Source: Raja brachyura
Lineage: Eukaryota
DNA length: 64,000 nucleotides
Assembly: GCA_963514005.1 (NCBI GenBank)
Contig: OY740796.1
Span: forward strand, 20,212,001-20,276,000
Direction: 5' to 3'
Shown: positions 13,234 to 26,900 of the stretch, in pieces
Position numbering within the stretch: the first letter of the stretch is position 1
How the letters are laid out: each line of letters opens with the position of its first letter
Position numbers and translations under genes: made by a program
Notes under the pieces: model-generated
The model's database searches: none
Seen by the model: the letters and a program-made list of their open reading frames with translations, nothing else
What the model was told of the DNA's origin: nothing

Positions 13234-13507
13234 AAACCGGAGCACCTGGAGGAAACCCACGCAGTCATAGGGAGGACATGCACATTTCACAAAGACGGCT
13301 ACCGAGGTCAGGATCGAACCATGTCTTTGGCGCCGTGAAGCAACAGCCTACCAGCTGCACCACCGCGTAAATAGACATAGACAATACACAAAACATAAAT
13401 TATACAGTCAATTATACATAAATTGTACATTCGTGCAAACATGCATAATTGGAAAACAAGTACACAATTGGGCGGCACAGTGGCACAGCAGTAGAGTTGC
13501 CGCCTTA

Positions 13508-14136
13508 AGGGCGTGTCCCACGTGGGCGTCATTTGCGCGCCATCCTAAACATTGGTTGGCACGTCGTGATGCACGCATGGCGAGGCGTGGTGGCGTATGC
13601 AGTAACGCGCAGTATGCTGGAGCACGCGGCACCTCAGGATTTTATGAGGCTCAAAATCCTCGCGCGCCACCTGCGTGACATATCCCGTGTGCACGCTGAC
13701 GTGCTGATGGCGCACGCTGACGTGCTGATGGCGCACGCTGACGTACTGATGGAGTGTGTGGTGACGCATGGTCACGCACGATCGTTACCTATGCTAATTT
13801 ATTATGTGTCAACGTGCATCAACGTCCGTAACCATGTGCCGTCCGTATGGTGTCGGCACGTCATTTGAGCGCCGCACCACGTGACCACCCGGGTATAAAG
13901 CGTGCGTAGTTTTGACATTTTTTCACCATTGATTTTGATTTTCGCTGGGAAAATCCTTGCCACGGACTAAGTGTGAACGACATCGCAAATGGCTCCCAAA
14001 TGAAGCAGGGCCCTCAAGAGCAGTTGGCGCGCGACTGTCGTATTTCTAGACGATTTTCGCGCGACTGTTGCGCGTCCGTCACGATTGGCCTGTTGCGTAA
14101 ATGACGCGCAAATGATGCCCAAGTGGGACAGGCCCT
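13508..14136. mobile_element. PIF/Harbinger-type MITE inserted in a SINE
   Basis: ~36-bp imperfect TIRs (AGGGCGTGTCCCACGTGGGCGTCATTTGCGCGCCAT / ATGACGCGCAAATGATGCCCAAGTGGGACAGGCCCT), TTA TSD on both sides, CpG-rich interior with a 21-bp tandem repeat. Confidence 0.88.
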
Positions 14137-17100
14137 TTACGCACCAGGAACCCCGGTTCGATCCTGACTACGGGTGCAGTTTGCACTGCATCCTCCCTGC
14201 GACAGCATGGGTTTTCTCCTGGTGCTCCGGTTTCCTCCTACATTCCAAAGACGTACATGTTTATAGGTTAATTGACTTTGGTAAAATTGTAACATTTGTC
14301 CCTAGTGTGGAGGATAGTGTTGGTGTTGGGGTTGATCGCTGGTAGGCGCGGACCGGGTGAGCTGAAGGGCCTGTTTCCACGATGCAACTCTCAAGTCAAA
14401 AGTCTAAAAGTAAAGTCCACGGCAGTGCAAGAGGTGGTGCGTAATGTTCCGTTGCCAAGGGAGGATTTGGGTTGTGCGGGTCGGTTCCAAAACCTGATTG
14501 TTTTAGGAAATAGTTTGGGACTGCTGGATGGTAGCAGTGAGACGAGCGCATGGTAAGGATTCTTGAGGTTAGATGCCGTCATCATGAGTCAGCGCCTCAT
14601 GTCGATGCTTTCGATGGTGGGGGGGAGGGGGGGACACACCTGCATCCGTGTTGAGTCCAACACATTTTGCACCCTCTTGCCTTCCTCCGCACAGGAATTG
14701 CCGTACCAGGCCATAATGTAACCAGTCAGTGCACGTATAGGGGTTTGTTAGAGTATTCAGTGACATGCATGTCGTACTTCTTTAAACTTCTATTTAGTCC
14801 CAGAGCAGACTAGCAGACAATATTGGTTCAGATGCCCGTCCTTTAGAACTTAGTGAAAAATCATAAGATGATAAGACATAGCAGCAGAATTAGGCCATTC
14901 AGCCCATCAAGGCTGCGCTGCCATTCAATCATGGCTGATCTATTTTTCCCTCTCAACGCCAATCTCCTGCCTTCTCCCTGTATCCTGACATTAGGGTAAA
15001 CAGACAGAACTGTTTCCCAACATAAAAAAAATCAAATACTAGAGGGCATAGCTTTAAACCGAGAAGGGCAGTTTAAAGAAGACCTGTGGGGCATATTATT
15101 TTACACAGAGGGCAGTGAGTGCCTGGAATGTGTTGTCGAGGGGATGTGGAGGTAGATACCACAATGCACCTCATAATGCACATCTGGACAAAATTATGAG
15201 AGCACACCTGATAGGGAAAGTGCAGGTAAAAAAAAAAAAGTGCAAGGAACACAAAAAAGGTAGATTGGAAGATCGGGAATTTGTCCCTAGCATATTAAGT
15301 GGTCTGTACAAGAGTCTGATATCAGAGGGAAAGAAGTTGTTCTGGAATTTATAAAAGGTCATCAACTTGAAATGTCACTCTGTTACTCTTCCCACAAGCG
15401 CTGAGTGACCTGCTGAGTATTTCTAGAATGTTCTGTTTATGCTACGATTTACCAATGTCTGCGTTTTTTTCGATGATTCTTGGGTTTTTTATTTTCAGTT
15501 TTGCATCGTACACACTAACGTCTTCTTAAACTGTTGCAGTCGCTCTGGTGAGGGTGCTCCTATAATGCTGTTGCGGAGGAAATCTGCAGAAGGGTCCCGA
15601 CCTGAAACGTCACCTAGTCATGTTCTCCAGAGATGCTGCCTCACCCACTGAGTTACACCAGCACTCTATGTCTTATTTTAAGGCATAGAAGATTACAGTC
15701 TTAAAACAGGCAAATGGAATTAACGTAGATGGGCAAGAAAGTTGGCATGGACGTGGTGGGTCAAAGGGCCTGTCTATGGGGTGCATGAAGCTTGGACACT
15801 TTATAAGTTCATAAATTCATATTATTGGAGCAGATTTAAGCCATTTGACCCTTCAAGCCTACTCAGCCATTCAATCATGGCTGATCTAACTTTCCCTCTC
15901 AACCCCATTCTCCTGCCTTCGTGCCATAACCCCTGACACCTATACTAATCAAGAATGTATCATTCTTGCAATCTCCGCCTTAGAAATACCCATTGGCTTG
16001 GCTTCCACAGCCTAATGTGGCAATGAATTTCACAGATTCACCACCCTCCGCCTAAAGAAATTCCTGCTCATCTCCTTTCTAAAGGTATGTCCTCTAATTT
16101 TGAGGCTGTGGCCTCTGGTCTGAGACTCTGCCACTCGTGGAAAGATCCTCTCCACATCCACGCTATCCAGGCCTTTCACTAATCATTAAGTTTCAAGGAG
16201 GTCCCCCCCATCGTCTTTCTAAACTCCAGCGAGTACAGTCCCAGTGCCGTCAAACGTTCATCATGTGTTAACACAATAATTCCTGGGATCATTCTCCCCT
16301 GGACCATACAGATACAGTCTGTAGCGAGCATCAGCCAAGCATCACCTTGGTTTTCTTGGCCAATTTTGATCTCTCAGCCAACAATGCCAAAATTATTTGA
16401 TCCCTTCCACAGCACAAAAGCAAAAGCAGTTCAAAAAGCAAAGCACTGCGTGGTAAGCATCTGAAGTCAGAAGAAACAAACATATCATAATTGTATGTTG
16501 CCTTTCCAACACCACTGTTATACAGGAACAGCATGGAGACAACCCGGTCTTTGCACCGGGGTTGATAGGCACAAAATGCTGGAGTAACTCAGCGGGTCAG
16601 GCTGCTTCTCTGGTGAAAAGGAATAGGTGACGTTTCGCGTCAAAATCCTTCTTCAGATTGAGAGGTAAACTCTCACGGTTCAGCACAAATCACAGCTGGT
16701 ACCGATGACCTAGGAAAGGTGGAGCCCACAATGGTGCATTGTTGGCTGTGGAAGAGGTGATAACAAAGGGATATACAGATGCGAAAAGTGGAACTAACAA
16801 GATGACTAGGGTGGGAGAGGGGCAGAGGGAGAGGGAATGCAAGAGTTACTTGAAATTAGAGATATCAAAATATCAAACCGATGGGTTGTAAGCAGCACAA
16901 ACACTGGGTGGGCAGTGGAAGGCACTGCCACCTGGTGGCAAATCAGAATAAATGGCATTTGGATTTGGAGCCAAGCAACCTAAAACAGGTGGGAGGCCCA
17001 AGCGACTGCAGATGCAAGGTTAAGGGAGAGATCAAGTGTGTTTTTTGTCATATGTCTTTGGTGTGTTTATCATTTGCCTCATTTAATTGTCAACTTTTCC

Positions 17101-19349
17101 TCACAGTATTTACATTTACTGCACATATTCCTACTCACATTCCATCCAGAATATAACTCACCAACTCACTGTGGGACAGAAGCCGCAGGTAGTCTGATCC
17201 ATGTTTTCACCCTCATCTGGGTCAAAAAAACTTCCTTCTGGGTCACTATCTTCAGTCACTGGCCAGTCTTGCTCCACACTATCACCATTTTTCACTCTTC
17301 TCTTTCTCAGGCTGTTCACCTTGAATTTGTACATGTCTATGCCAAGGCATTTCCCAAGTTTGCTCTCAAATAACATTCTAACATCAGGTAACATTATGAT
17401 TGATGGATATCCTGTGGAAGTTCACAGTTGGTTTTGGCTGACTGAAAAGCTTCCTGCTGGCATCTATCTTCAAGGATCCCCATCATCCCAGGCCATGCCC
17501 TCTTCTCACTGCTACATCAGGTAGGAGGTAAGGAAGCTATAAGTCTTACACCACCAGGTTCAGGAAAGTTGTACTTTCCAACAACTATCTGGTTCTTGAA
17601 CCGTCCTGCACAACCCTAGTTTTTAGTTTTGTTTAGTTTTGTCACGTGTACTGAGGTACAGTTAAAAGCTTTTGTCGCTAGCCAGTCTGTGGAAAGACAA
17701 TACAAAGTTACAATCGAGCCATTTACTGTGCACAGATACACGATAAAGGGAATAATGTTTAGTGCAAGATAAAGTCTATTAAGGTCCGATTAAAGACTGT
17801 CGGAGTATCTACAATGAGGTGGATAGTAGTTCAGGACCCCTCTCTAGTTCTTGATAGAATGGTTCAGTTGCCTGATAATAGCTGGAAAGAAACTGTCCCT
17901 GAATCTGGAGGTGTGCGTTTTCACACTTCTGTACTTCTTCCGTGATGGGAGAGGAGAGTAATCCTACCTTGCAAGGGAACACTACAGACTACCTCTTGCA
18001 CTACCGTGGACGTGTTTTCTAATGGTACATTTTTGCACTAATGTCCTGTTTCTGTACAGATTATTTTATTTTACTTTCTGGCAAAATTTGTGTGATTTAT
18101 GTATACTTGATGCTTTTGTGTCTTGTCTATGTGCCTGTGGTACTTCATTGTACATTTCATTGTGTATTGTACATTTCATTGTATCTGTACTTCACTGTAC
18201 TTGTGCATAGGACAATAATCTTGACTTGACCAGTTACATTTGACGAAGTCTGAAGTTGGGTTCCAATCCAAAATGTCAATTATCCATGTTCTCCAGAGAT
18301 GCTACCTGAACCGCTGAGTTATTCCCACACTTTGTTTCCTATCCAGTTACTTGTGTCTCCATCTTACAATGTAGGTCAGCTGTGTTTTCAGTATTGTGTT
18401 TATACGCTGTTTTGCTGCTGCACGTAAGAATTTAATTGTTCCTTTGTTGGTACATATGACAATTAAACAGCCTTGACTTTCAGCTGACTCTGAAGGGATA
18501 TGACCTCACTATATCCTGAAAGGTACCAAGCTAAGTCGAGAAATAGCACAATGGCGCCATCCGATGTTTGATTAAGAAGTGTTCTAACAATTACAGAACT
18601 TACTTTATGGACATTGTGAACCATGGGATCTGAGTTCAGAGGGGGAAAGAAGAGTTAATTATGGTCTTATTGAATGGTGGGTAAGATGCCAGGGTGGCAC
18701 AGTGGGGCAGCAGCAGTGTTGCTGGATTTTCCCCAGGTGCTCCGGTTTCCTACCTCATTCCAAAGACGTGTTAATTGGCATCTGTAACTCGTCTCTAGCA
18801 TGTAGTATAGAACTAGTATATGGGTGATTGCTGGTCGGCACGGATGCAGTGGGCCAAAGAGTCTGTTTCAACTAACTCTAAACTCAACTCAAAGAAATGT
18901 ATGGCCAAATCACACTGAGTTTCTCAAGCATTGCTACAACACAAAGTACACTATACAGTTGGGAAGTGTGGGAATACAGCAGACAGGTCGCACAGCAAGA
19001 GCCCAATATTGCCCCAGGCTAATCCATCTTTACATATGCTGGTTGAGGATATGTTCTTGCATGTTGGTAAGAACACAGCCACAACACTGGCATAGCTGCT
19101 GCTTCACAGCACCAGGTTCAATCCTGACCTCGGGTGCAGTCTGTGTGGAGTCTGCATGTTCTCCCTGTGATCATGCAGGTTTCCTCCACATCACAGATGT
19201 GCTGGTTTGTAGGTTAATTGGCCTCTGTACAAAATTGCCCCTGGTGTTTAGGGAGCAGATAGGAAAGTGGGATAACAAAGAACTAGAGTGAGCGAATGAT
19301 CGATGGTCAGCATGGACTCGGTGGGTTGAAGGGCCTGTTTCCATACTGG

Positions 19350-19620
19350 TGTTGGCATTCGTCCACCTGCAAGAGATGATGTTGCGGCTTTGACGTTGTC
19401 CTGCTTGGAGAGGAGAATGTTTGTTTCCCTGCTGTGGCCGACTCGTCCTATCCTTGACAGGCAGACAGACCGTCCCACAGCTTCCACAGGTGAAGTTGCC
19501 TCTGGCCGTTGATGCATGGCCTCCAGGGTCTTGACCATATGCTGCCAGGCATATCCCAGGCCATCAGCAGCCACTTCCCAGTTGCCAGAGCCAATGTTAA
19601 AATTTGTCATATCTCTTTTA
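19350..19620 (-). mobile_element. RTE-clade LINE 3' fragment
   Basis: Decayed WEVAA...W region followed, across a frameshift, by TCGSCGTVCLSRIGRVGHSR, resembling the RTE C-terminal CxxC..SRIGL.SH motif. Confidence 0.65.
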
Positions 19621-21538
19621 ATTGTATCCTTGTAGCAGAGCTTTGCTCTCCCTCTTGGCCTCTGAGCATTGGCTACCTCTCATGCTCTAATATCTTTTAC
19701 TGAATTAAACTTAGCCCAACTCATCCACAATGCTGGTGTTCAGGAAGCCACAGAATGGACAGGTGAGGGAACAACAGAATAGGGTATGGAAACAAGGAAC
19801 TGTAGATGGTTTACAGAAAATACACAAAGTGCTGGGGTAACTCAGCAGGTCAGACAGCATCTCTGGAGGACAGGGATAGGTGATTTTCTGTACCAGGAGC
19901 CTTCTTCAGACTGATTGCAGTTAAGAAAAGTGGGAGAGCTAGGAGCAGAATAAAGCTTGGCAAGTGATTGGTGGATACAGGTGAGAGGTGTTTATTGGCA
20001 GATGGCTAGACAAAGACCAGAGATGAAAAGACAAAAAGTCTGAAAAAGGAGGGAATATGTGTGAATAGTGAAGTAAGAGGAAAGGGACATTAAGTTGGAT
20101 GATTCTTGTAATCCTACATACTACTCGGTCCCGATCCAAAACGTCGTCTGTCCACAGATGCTGCCTGGCCTGCTGAGTTCCTCTAACAATTTTTTTTATT
20201 TTTTTTGCTTATATGATTTCTGAGCCTGATAATATTGAAACATCGTTGTGCTCTTCTAATTCAGAGGCCAGGGCATTACCATCTATAGCCCTCTCTTCAA
20301 AAGATTGATTGAAAGATACAGCATGGAAACAGGCCCTTCGGAGATGTATCAGCTAACCAGCGTATCACTCACCCTCGATCACCCGTTCACACTAGTTCCA
20401 CATTATCCCACTTTCTCATCCACTCCCTGCACACCAATTTAGATGCCAATTAATTCAACAAACCCACGTCTTTGGTTCGTGGAAATAATACCGGAGGAAA
20501 CCCACACGGCCACAGGGAGAACATGCAAACTCCACATAGGCACCTGAGATCAGGATCGAACCTGCGTCTCTGGTGCTGTGAGGCAATTGCTCTACCAGCT
20601 GCGCCAACAAGCTCTTCCTTTAAGATTCTTGCTAAAATGACTTCTTGGCCTACTGCCCTAATATTCCAGGTTTTAATATGCCAAGGTTCTGTGATGCAAG
20701 TGGGAATACTTTACAATGTTATATAAATGCAAGTGTTGAAACTCAGATCTGGAGTGGTTAGTGTTTCGTACATCAGACCTTTGAAAGGAAAACAGGCAAA
20801 TCAAACTGCGTCAATACTTTTAAGTAATAAAAAGGAACTGCAGATGCCGGTTTATACCAAAGATATACACAAATTGCTGGAGCAACTAAACTGGTCAGGC
20901 AGCATCTTTGGAGAAAGTAGATGGGTGACGTTAGGTAACTCTAAACAAACAGGCAACACCATTACAGGATGACAGGGGACACAGCTGCTGCCTCCCAGAG
21001 ATCTGAGTTCAAACCCCACCTCAAGTGCTGACTGCATGCAGTCCGCATGTTCTCCTTGCAGTGCTCCAGTTTCTACCCACACTCCATTGATGGACTGGTT
21101 GACAGGCCACCATCAATTTGCTTCTAACCTGTAACTGATGGGGGGGGGGTGGCTGAAGTCCCTGTGCATTTGTAATGAAATGTGTCTCTAAATTTTGGGG
21201 TGCCACTGTTGTCAATATCCTGAATTTCAGAAAGCACAAAAAACTATTTACTGTCCTGGATAAGTGCCTGACAGGAGCTACAACACTAATCCACAGTACA
21301 TCCCTTCTAGAAACTAATCTTCATCTTAGCTGATACACACCAATGGACATATGAGCCCACACAAAGTATTATTTATAACCCACTGGTATGGCCATTGAAC
21401 TTACGGTAACCAGCCCACCCCCTTTCTTCCCTGTGCCCCATCTTGAACTGCATCTTTTTCTTCCCCACCCCATCCACCTGCATCCCTCCCTCTGGCTTCA
21501 TATTTCACCCCTCTCATCTGCCTCCACCTCATCTCTAA

Positions 21539-21841
21539 TAGCCCCGTCCCACGGTGCGAGTTCATTCCAAGAGCTCATCCGAGTTTAAAAAAAAAATCTA
21601 ACTCATGGTAAGCACGGAGAATGAACGTAGCGGGTACGTCGGAGCTCGGGGACGTCTCTTAGCAGCTCGTAACGCTAACGGCAGGTACTCGGGAAGACTC
21701 GTGAAGATTTTTCAACATGTTGAAAAATGTCCACAAGAGCCCCGAATACCGACGAGCAGCCATTACCGTAAATCTCCGAGTTCGAATCAGGGCAAACTCG
21801 GGAGAGCTCTTGGAATGAACTCGTACCGTGGGACAGGGCTT
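21539..21841. mobile_element. PIF/Harbinger-type MITE
   Basis: TIRs GCCCCGTCCCACGGTGCGAGTTCATTCCAAGAGCTC / GAGCTCTTGGAATGAACTCGTACCGTGGGACAGGGC; TAA flanks. Confidence 0.85.
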
Positions 21842-21868
21842 TAACTCAGTCTAAATGTCCTCCATCCA

Positions 21869-23459
21869 CAGTGCCCTCCATAATGTTTGGGACAAAGACC
21901 CATCATTTATTTATTTGCCTCTGTACGCCACAATTTGAGATTTGTAATAGAAAAAAAATCATATGTGGTTAAAGTGCACATTGTCAGATTTTAAAGGCCA
22001 TTTTTACACATTTTGGTTTCACCATGTATAAATTACAGCTGTGTTTATACATAGTCCAGTTCTCTCCCCCCCCCCCCCCCCCCCCCCCCATTTCAGGGCA
22101 CTATAATGTTTGCGACACATGGCTTCACAGGTGTTTGTAATTGCTCAGGTGTGTTTAATTGCCTCCTTCATGCAGGTATAAGAGAGCTCTCAACACCTAG
22201 TCTTTCAGTCATTCCATCAACTTTGGAAGCTGTTATTGCTGTTTATCAACACGAAGAGCAAAGTTGTGCCAATAAAAGTCAAAAAGTCATTATGAGACTG
22301 AGAAACAAGAGTTTGACATCAGCCAAACCTCAGGCTTGCCAAAATCAACTGTTTGGGAACATCATTAAGAAAGAGAGCAGGGGTGAGCTTACTAATCAAA
22401 AGGGACTGGCAGGCCAAGGAAGACCTCCACAGCTGATGACAGAATAATTCTCTCTATACTAAAGAAAAATCCCCAAACACCTGTCCGACAGATCAGAAAC
22501 ACTCTTCAGTAGTCAGGTGTGGACTTGTCAATGACCACTGTCTGCAGAAGACTTCATGAACAGAAATAGAGAGGCTACACTGCAAGATGCAAACCACTGG
22601 TGAGCTGCAAAAATAGGATGGCCAGGTTAGTTTGCCAAGAAGCACTTAAAAGAGCAACCACAGTTCTGTAAAAAAGATCTTGTGGACAGATGAGACAAAG
22701 AATAACTTATATCAGAGTGATGGCAAGAGCAAAGTATGGAGGAGAGAAGGAACTGCCCAAGATCCAAAGCATAGCATCTCATCTGTGAAATACGGTGGTG
22801 GGGATGTTATGGCCTGGGCATGTATGGCTGCTGAAGGTACTGACTCACTTATCTTCATTGATGATACAACTGCTGATGGTAGTAGCATAATGAATTCTGA
22901 AGTGTACAGACACATCCTATCTGCTCAAATTCAAACAAATGTCGCAAAACTCATTGGCCAGTGGTTCATTCTACAGCAAGACAACAATCCCAAACATACT
23001 GCTAAAGCAACAAAGGAGTTTTTCAAAGCTAGAAAATGGTCAATTCTTGAGGGGCAAAGTCAATCACCCGATCTGATCACTAAGCATGCATTTCATACGC
23101 TAAAGATGGCTGCAATATAGGCCTAGCAGAGCATCACCAGAGAAGACACCCAGCAACTGTTGATGTCCATGAATCACAGACTTCAAGCAGTCATTGCATG
23201 CAAAGGATATGTAACAAAATACTAAACATGACAACTTTCATTTTCATGACATTATGGTGCCCTGAAATAGGGGGACTATGTATAAACAATGCTGTAATTT
23301 CTACATGGTGAAACTGAAATGTATAAAAATGGTCTTTATTAAAATCTGACAATGTGCACTTTAACCACGTGATTTTTTTGTTACAAATCTCAAATTGTGG
23401 AGTACAGAGGCAAATAAATAAATGATGGGTCTTTGTCCCAAACATGATGGAGAGCACTG
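21869..23459 (+). mobile_element. Tc1-family DNA transposon, full length (~1.6 kb), decayed transposase
   Basis: Long TIRs starting CAGTGCCCTCCATAATGTTTGGGACAAAG with an inner direct repeat (IR/DR type). Transposase remnants WTDETK, QQDNNPKH and SPDL, with stops and frameshifts. Confidence 0.95.
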
Positions 23460-24879
23460 CACATTATTTAACATATCTGCGCAGTGGCACAGTTGATAGA
23501 GCTGCTGCATCACACCACCGAGGTCCCAGGTTCGATCCCAAACATGGGTCGTGTCTCTATGGAGTTTTCACAATCTCTCTGTGACGGTGTGTGTTTCTTC
23601 CGGGTACTGCGGTTTCCTCCCACTCACTACCCAAGGTATGAGTTACTGTAAATTGCCTCAAGTGTGTAGGAGTGAAAGTGTGTCCGGGTGATCACTGATC
23701 AGTGGGATTCGGTGGGCCGAAGGGTCTGTTTCCGTGCTTTATCTCTAAACAGAAAAACACTAATAGTGCATACATCTTGAAATAGTATCATTCAGAACTC
23801 CCCTGAAGTATCAGCATAACAGCGTATTAGAGTTTAGAGATAAGGCATAGTAAAAGGCCCTTGAGGTTACCAATTCTGTGCGGACCATCGATCACCATAT
23901 TAATTCTGTTATCCCACTCAGCCCACACAGAGTCGGCACCCTTCACACGAGTTCAATGTTATACCTCTTTCTATCTCACCCTACATACCAGGGGCAATTT
24001 GCAGAGGCCAATTAACCTAAAAACCCAAAACGATGTGGGAGGAAACTGGAGCACCCAGAGGAAGCAAACATTGTCCATAGAGAGAATGTGCAAGCTCCAC
24101 ATGGACACCACCCTAGTCAGGGTGAAACTCAGGACTTTGGTGGTGTAGGGCAGCAACTCTGTAGGGCAGTTGCACCACTGAGCTGCCGTAACCTTTCACC
24201 TTCAATACTCTGCTGCATTTTCAAGAGGAAAGTGGTGGGGAAAATAAAGTTGGAAGAAGGTGCAGGTGATAAGCGTTTTGAATATTCCACGTTGGATTTG
24301 CAGGGTTTGGGAAGCTGAAGACAACAGACTGTGACCTTGGGGAATACACATAATATAAGGAGGCTGAACAAACTTGGACTGTTTTTCTGGAAGTTGAGGC
24401 GAGACCTGTTAGAAGTATATAAAATGATGCGAGGCATGGATTGGGAGACAGTCAGAACTATTCCCCCCCCCCCCCCCCCAAAGGATGAAAAATCAAAAAC
24501 TCCAGGCCATTGCTTAGTGAGGGGGGAAAACTTTGAAGGTGGTGCGTAGGGCAAAGTTTGTTTTTACACAGAGGGTAGTGAGTGCCTGGAATGTGCTGCC
24601 AGGAGTGGTGGTGGTGGAGGCAGATACAATAGAGGTTTTCAGATAGATATATCGATGTGTAGGGAATGGAAAGATATGGATCATGTGCAGGCAGAGATTA
24701 GATAACTTGGCATCATGTTCGACATGGACATTGTGGGCTGAAGGGCCTGTTCTTGTGTTTTAAGGTGGCAACCTGCAGTCCCTCAGGCAAAACAGGTCAA
24801 CTGAAACATTTCCCCCCCACTCCAGAGAACAACCCAAAATCAACGTGGAAACAGGAAGCAAAAGGGTTAAGGTTTAATC

Positions 24880-26822
24880 TACATAGCTGTGAGATTTATT
24901 CAATGTTATCCATGTGATTCACCTCACATTTCGGATAAGAGGGCAGCAGCTACAAGGTAATAATTCAAATGGGTTCAGTAACACTGCAAACCTTGAGCAT
25001 GCATCGTAACAAGCTCAAATTTCAATTTCTTGTTGAAATCTTCCAACTAGTTATGCTGCAGAATAGAAAAACAAACATTTTTATTGCTTGCAAAGAGATC
25101 CTTGGCATTAAGGGTGCAGGGAGAAAAAAAAAATCATATTGGTTCTCAACGAGACGAATTTCCAAACTCTTGGCTTCAAAGGATGAAAAATAAATCAGAT
25201 GGAATGGTCAATATTGCTGCCAGGCTCTGCATCAGTTTTGTAGCAGTTATGGTGATCTAGGTCAGTGAAGCAGGTTGGTTGCATCTTCACTGGCAGCAGA
25301 TGTCACTTAACTTTACAGAGCTTCATCGCAGGTCGGCAAGAGAGGGAAGAGTCAATATGGAAACGAGTGACATGGTCAAATTTACCCAGAGCGTAGCCTA
25401 GGCGCCTGGCACGGTGTCACACTCTGCAAGGTGCCACTCCAGCGGAGAGACGTTGGCAAGGTTTCACACAATGGCAAGCCAGTGGAATTAAATAGTTTTT
25501 ATACCAGTAACAAAGATACAGTGGTTCTATTGCTGCACAAAGCACAATTAGTTGAAAACATTACAGCAGTTACACACCCTCTCAGCTGCAACGTCAGGGA
25601 GGGCGTGGGAGGTCGCGGAGAAAAAGATTCACGTCATAAATAGCTCCTACTCACCAACCCCAAGCAAAAAAACAAAACCAAAATATGAATTTTTTACTCT
25701 TCTTACTATTGTGGATCAGAATGCTGAGCGCACTCGAGGTAGTGTGACAAATATGAAATGTATAAAAACATACTTATATATCCTGGCAACCCACATACAC
25801 AACCAGGACCCCATTTTACCAATAGTAAGTACATCACTAAACCGTTACACAAAGTGGGTCTGGGGAAAAAAAGCTCAAAACACTTTTTTTTTTATTTTTA
25901 AAAAAAGATATAAACTACTTTAAAAATTGTTGATGCTGATCAGATAAGGTTGTAACAAATTGCTGTGCATGGTAGGGTGCGGAGGAAGTGGCAACGAGAC
26001 AGGTATTTCATGAAGCTCTGAACATTCATGAACTTCACTGCCTGTTTAAGTAATCAGCTGTTCTGCTGATTTCAGAGCATAGTAACAGCATACCTGTTGT
26101 CACTTTCCCTTTGCACCTGGGTGGGGGGGGGGGGGTGGGGAGGATAGGGGCAGATATTTTGTGTGCTCTACAGAAGGTATTAGGAAGTTCACCACACGTC
26201 ACGAAGATTGTTCACCTCCTCCATCCACATGTAAATTAATATTGACGTAATCCCCCCCTCAAATCAAACGGCAATTAAATTGTTCCCAGCCAAAGCAGGC
26301 AACTAACGATAAAGCAAGATTCCAGGAAACCAAATAATTCCCAAACAACTCCTCTTTAAGCAGTTTTCAATTCCCAGCTGTTGCTTATGCTGCGTGCCGT
26401 GGTGCCAGTGGTGGCACGATATAATTAGTTTGTGCCACACACGTCCCAAATATTCTTGTTCTAGTGAAAACCTACATTAAAAGCCTGCGGGATATTGAGG
26501 CTTCGGCAATCCTTCCCATCTCTCTGAATGTGTTTGTAAAAGGCAAGACTTCTTAAAAGATTCAACTATTTCCTTTTTCAATGTTAACACATTCTCCTTT
26601 AAAAAAAAAAGAAACACGTCTTTTTTTTCCCCCACTAAAAAAAAAGTCTAACACTATCATAGCTCATGAATGGAACGATCCATGAGTGTTGCTGACTACT
26701 CCAACAAACATAAGAAAAACCAAAGGATGGCAGATGATAAAAGAAACAAGGAACCAAAACCAATATTTCTTCATCTTTCCCAGCCAAGGCCTTATTCAAT
26801 GTGACACCATGTCCACAGTACT
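24880..26822 (-). other. ARIH2: Probable ARIH2 3' UTR (~1.9 kb), candidate polyA signal AATAAA at 24900-24895
   Basis: Continuous stretch with no recognisable repeats after the stop codon, in an otherwise repeat-dense region. Minus-strand AATAAA at its distal end; other AATAAA near 25080 and 25890, so the true end is uncertain. Confidence 0.6.
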
Positions 26823-26900
26823 TTAGTCTGACGTGTCATGAAAATCTTTAAGCAGTGTCCTACGTCTCTGCTCTGCTATATGCATTTGGTTCTCTAGATC
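26823..26900 (-). CDS. ARIH2: ARIH2 last coding exon ([25 protein letters not shown])
   Basis: tttcag| acceptor, 26 codons ending in TAA at 26825-26823. Confidence 0.96.

Noticed and set aside
13690-13752. Short direct repeats that might suggest a CRISPR-like array
   Set aside because: Contiguous 21-bp tandem repeats with no spacers, inside a eukaryotic MITE.
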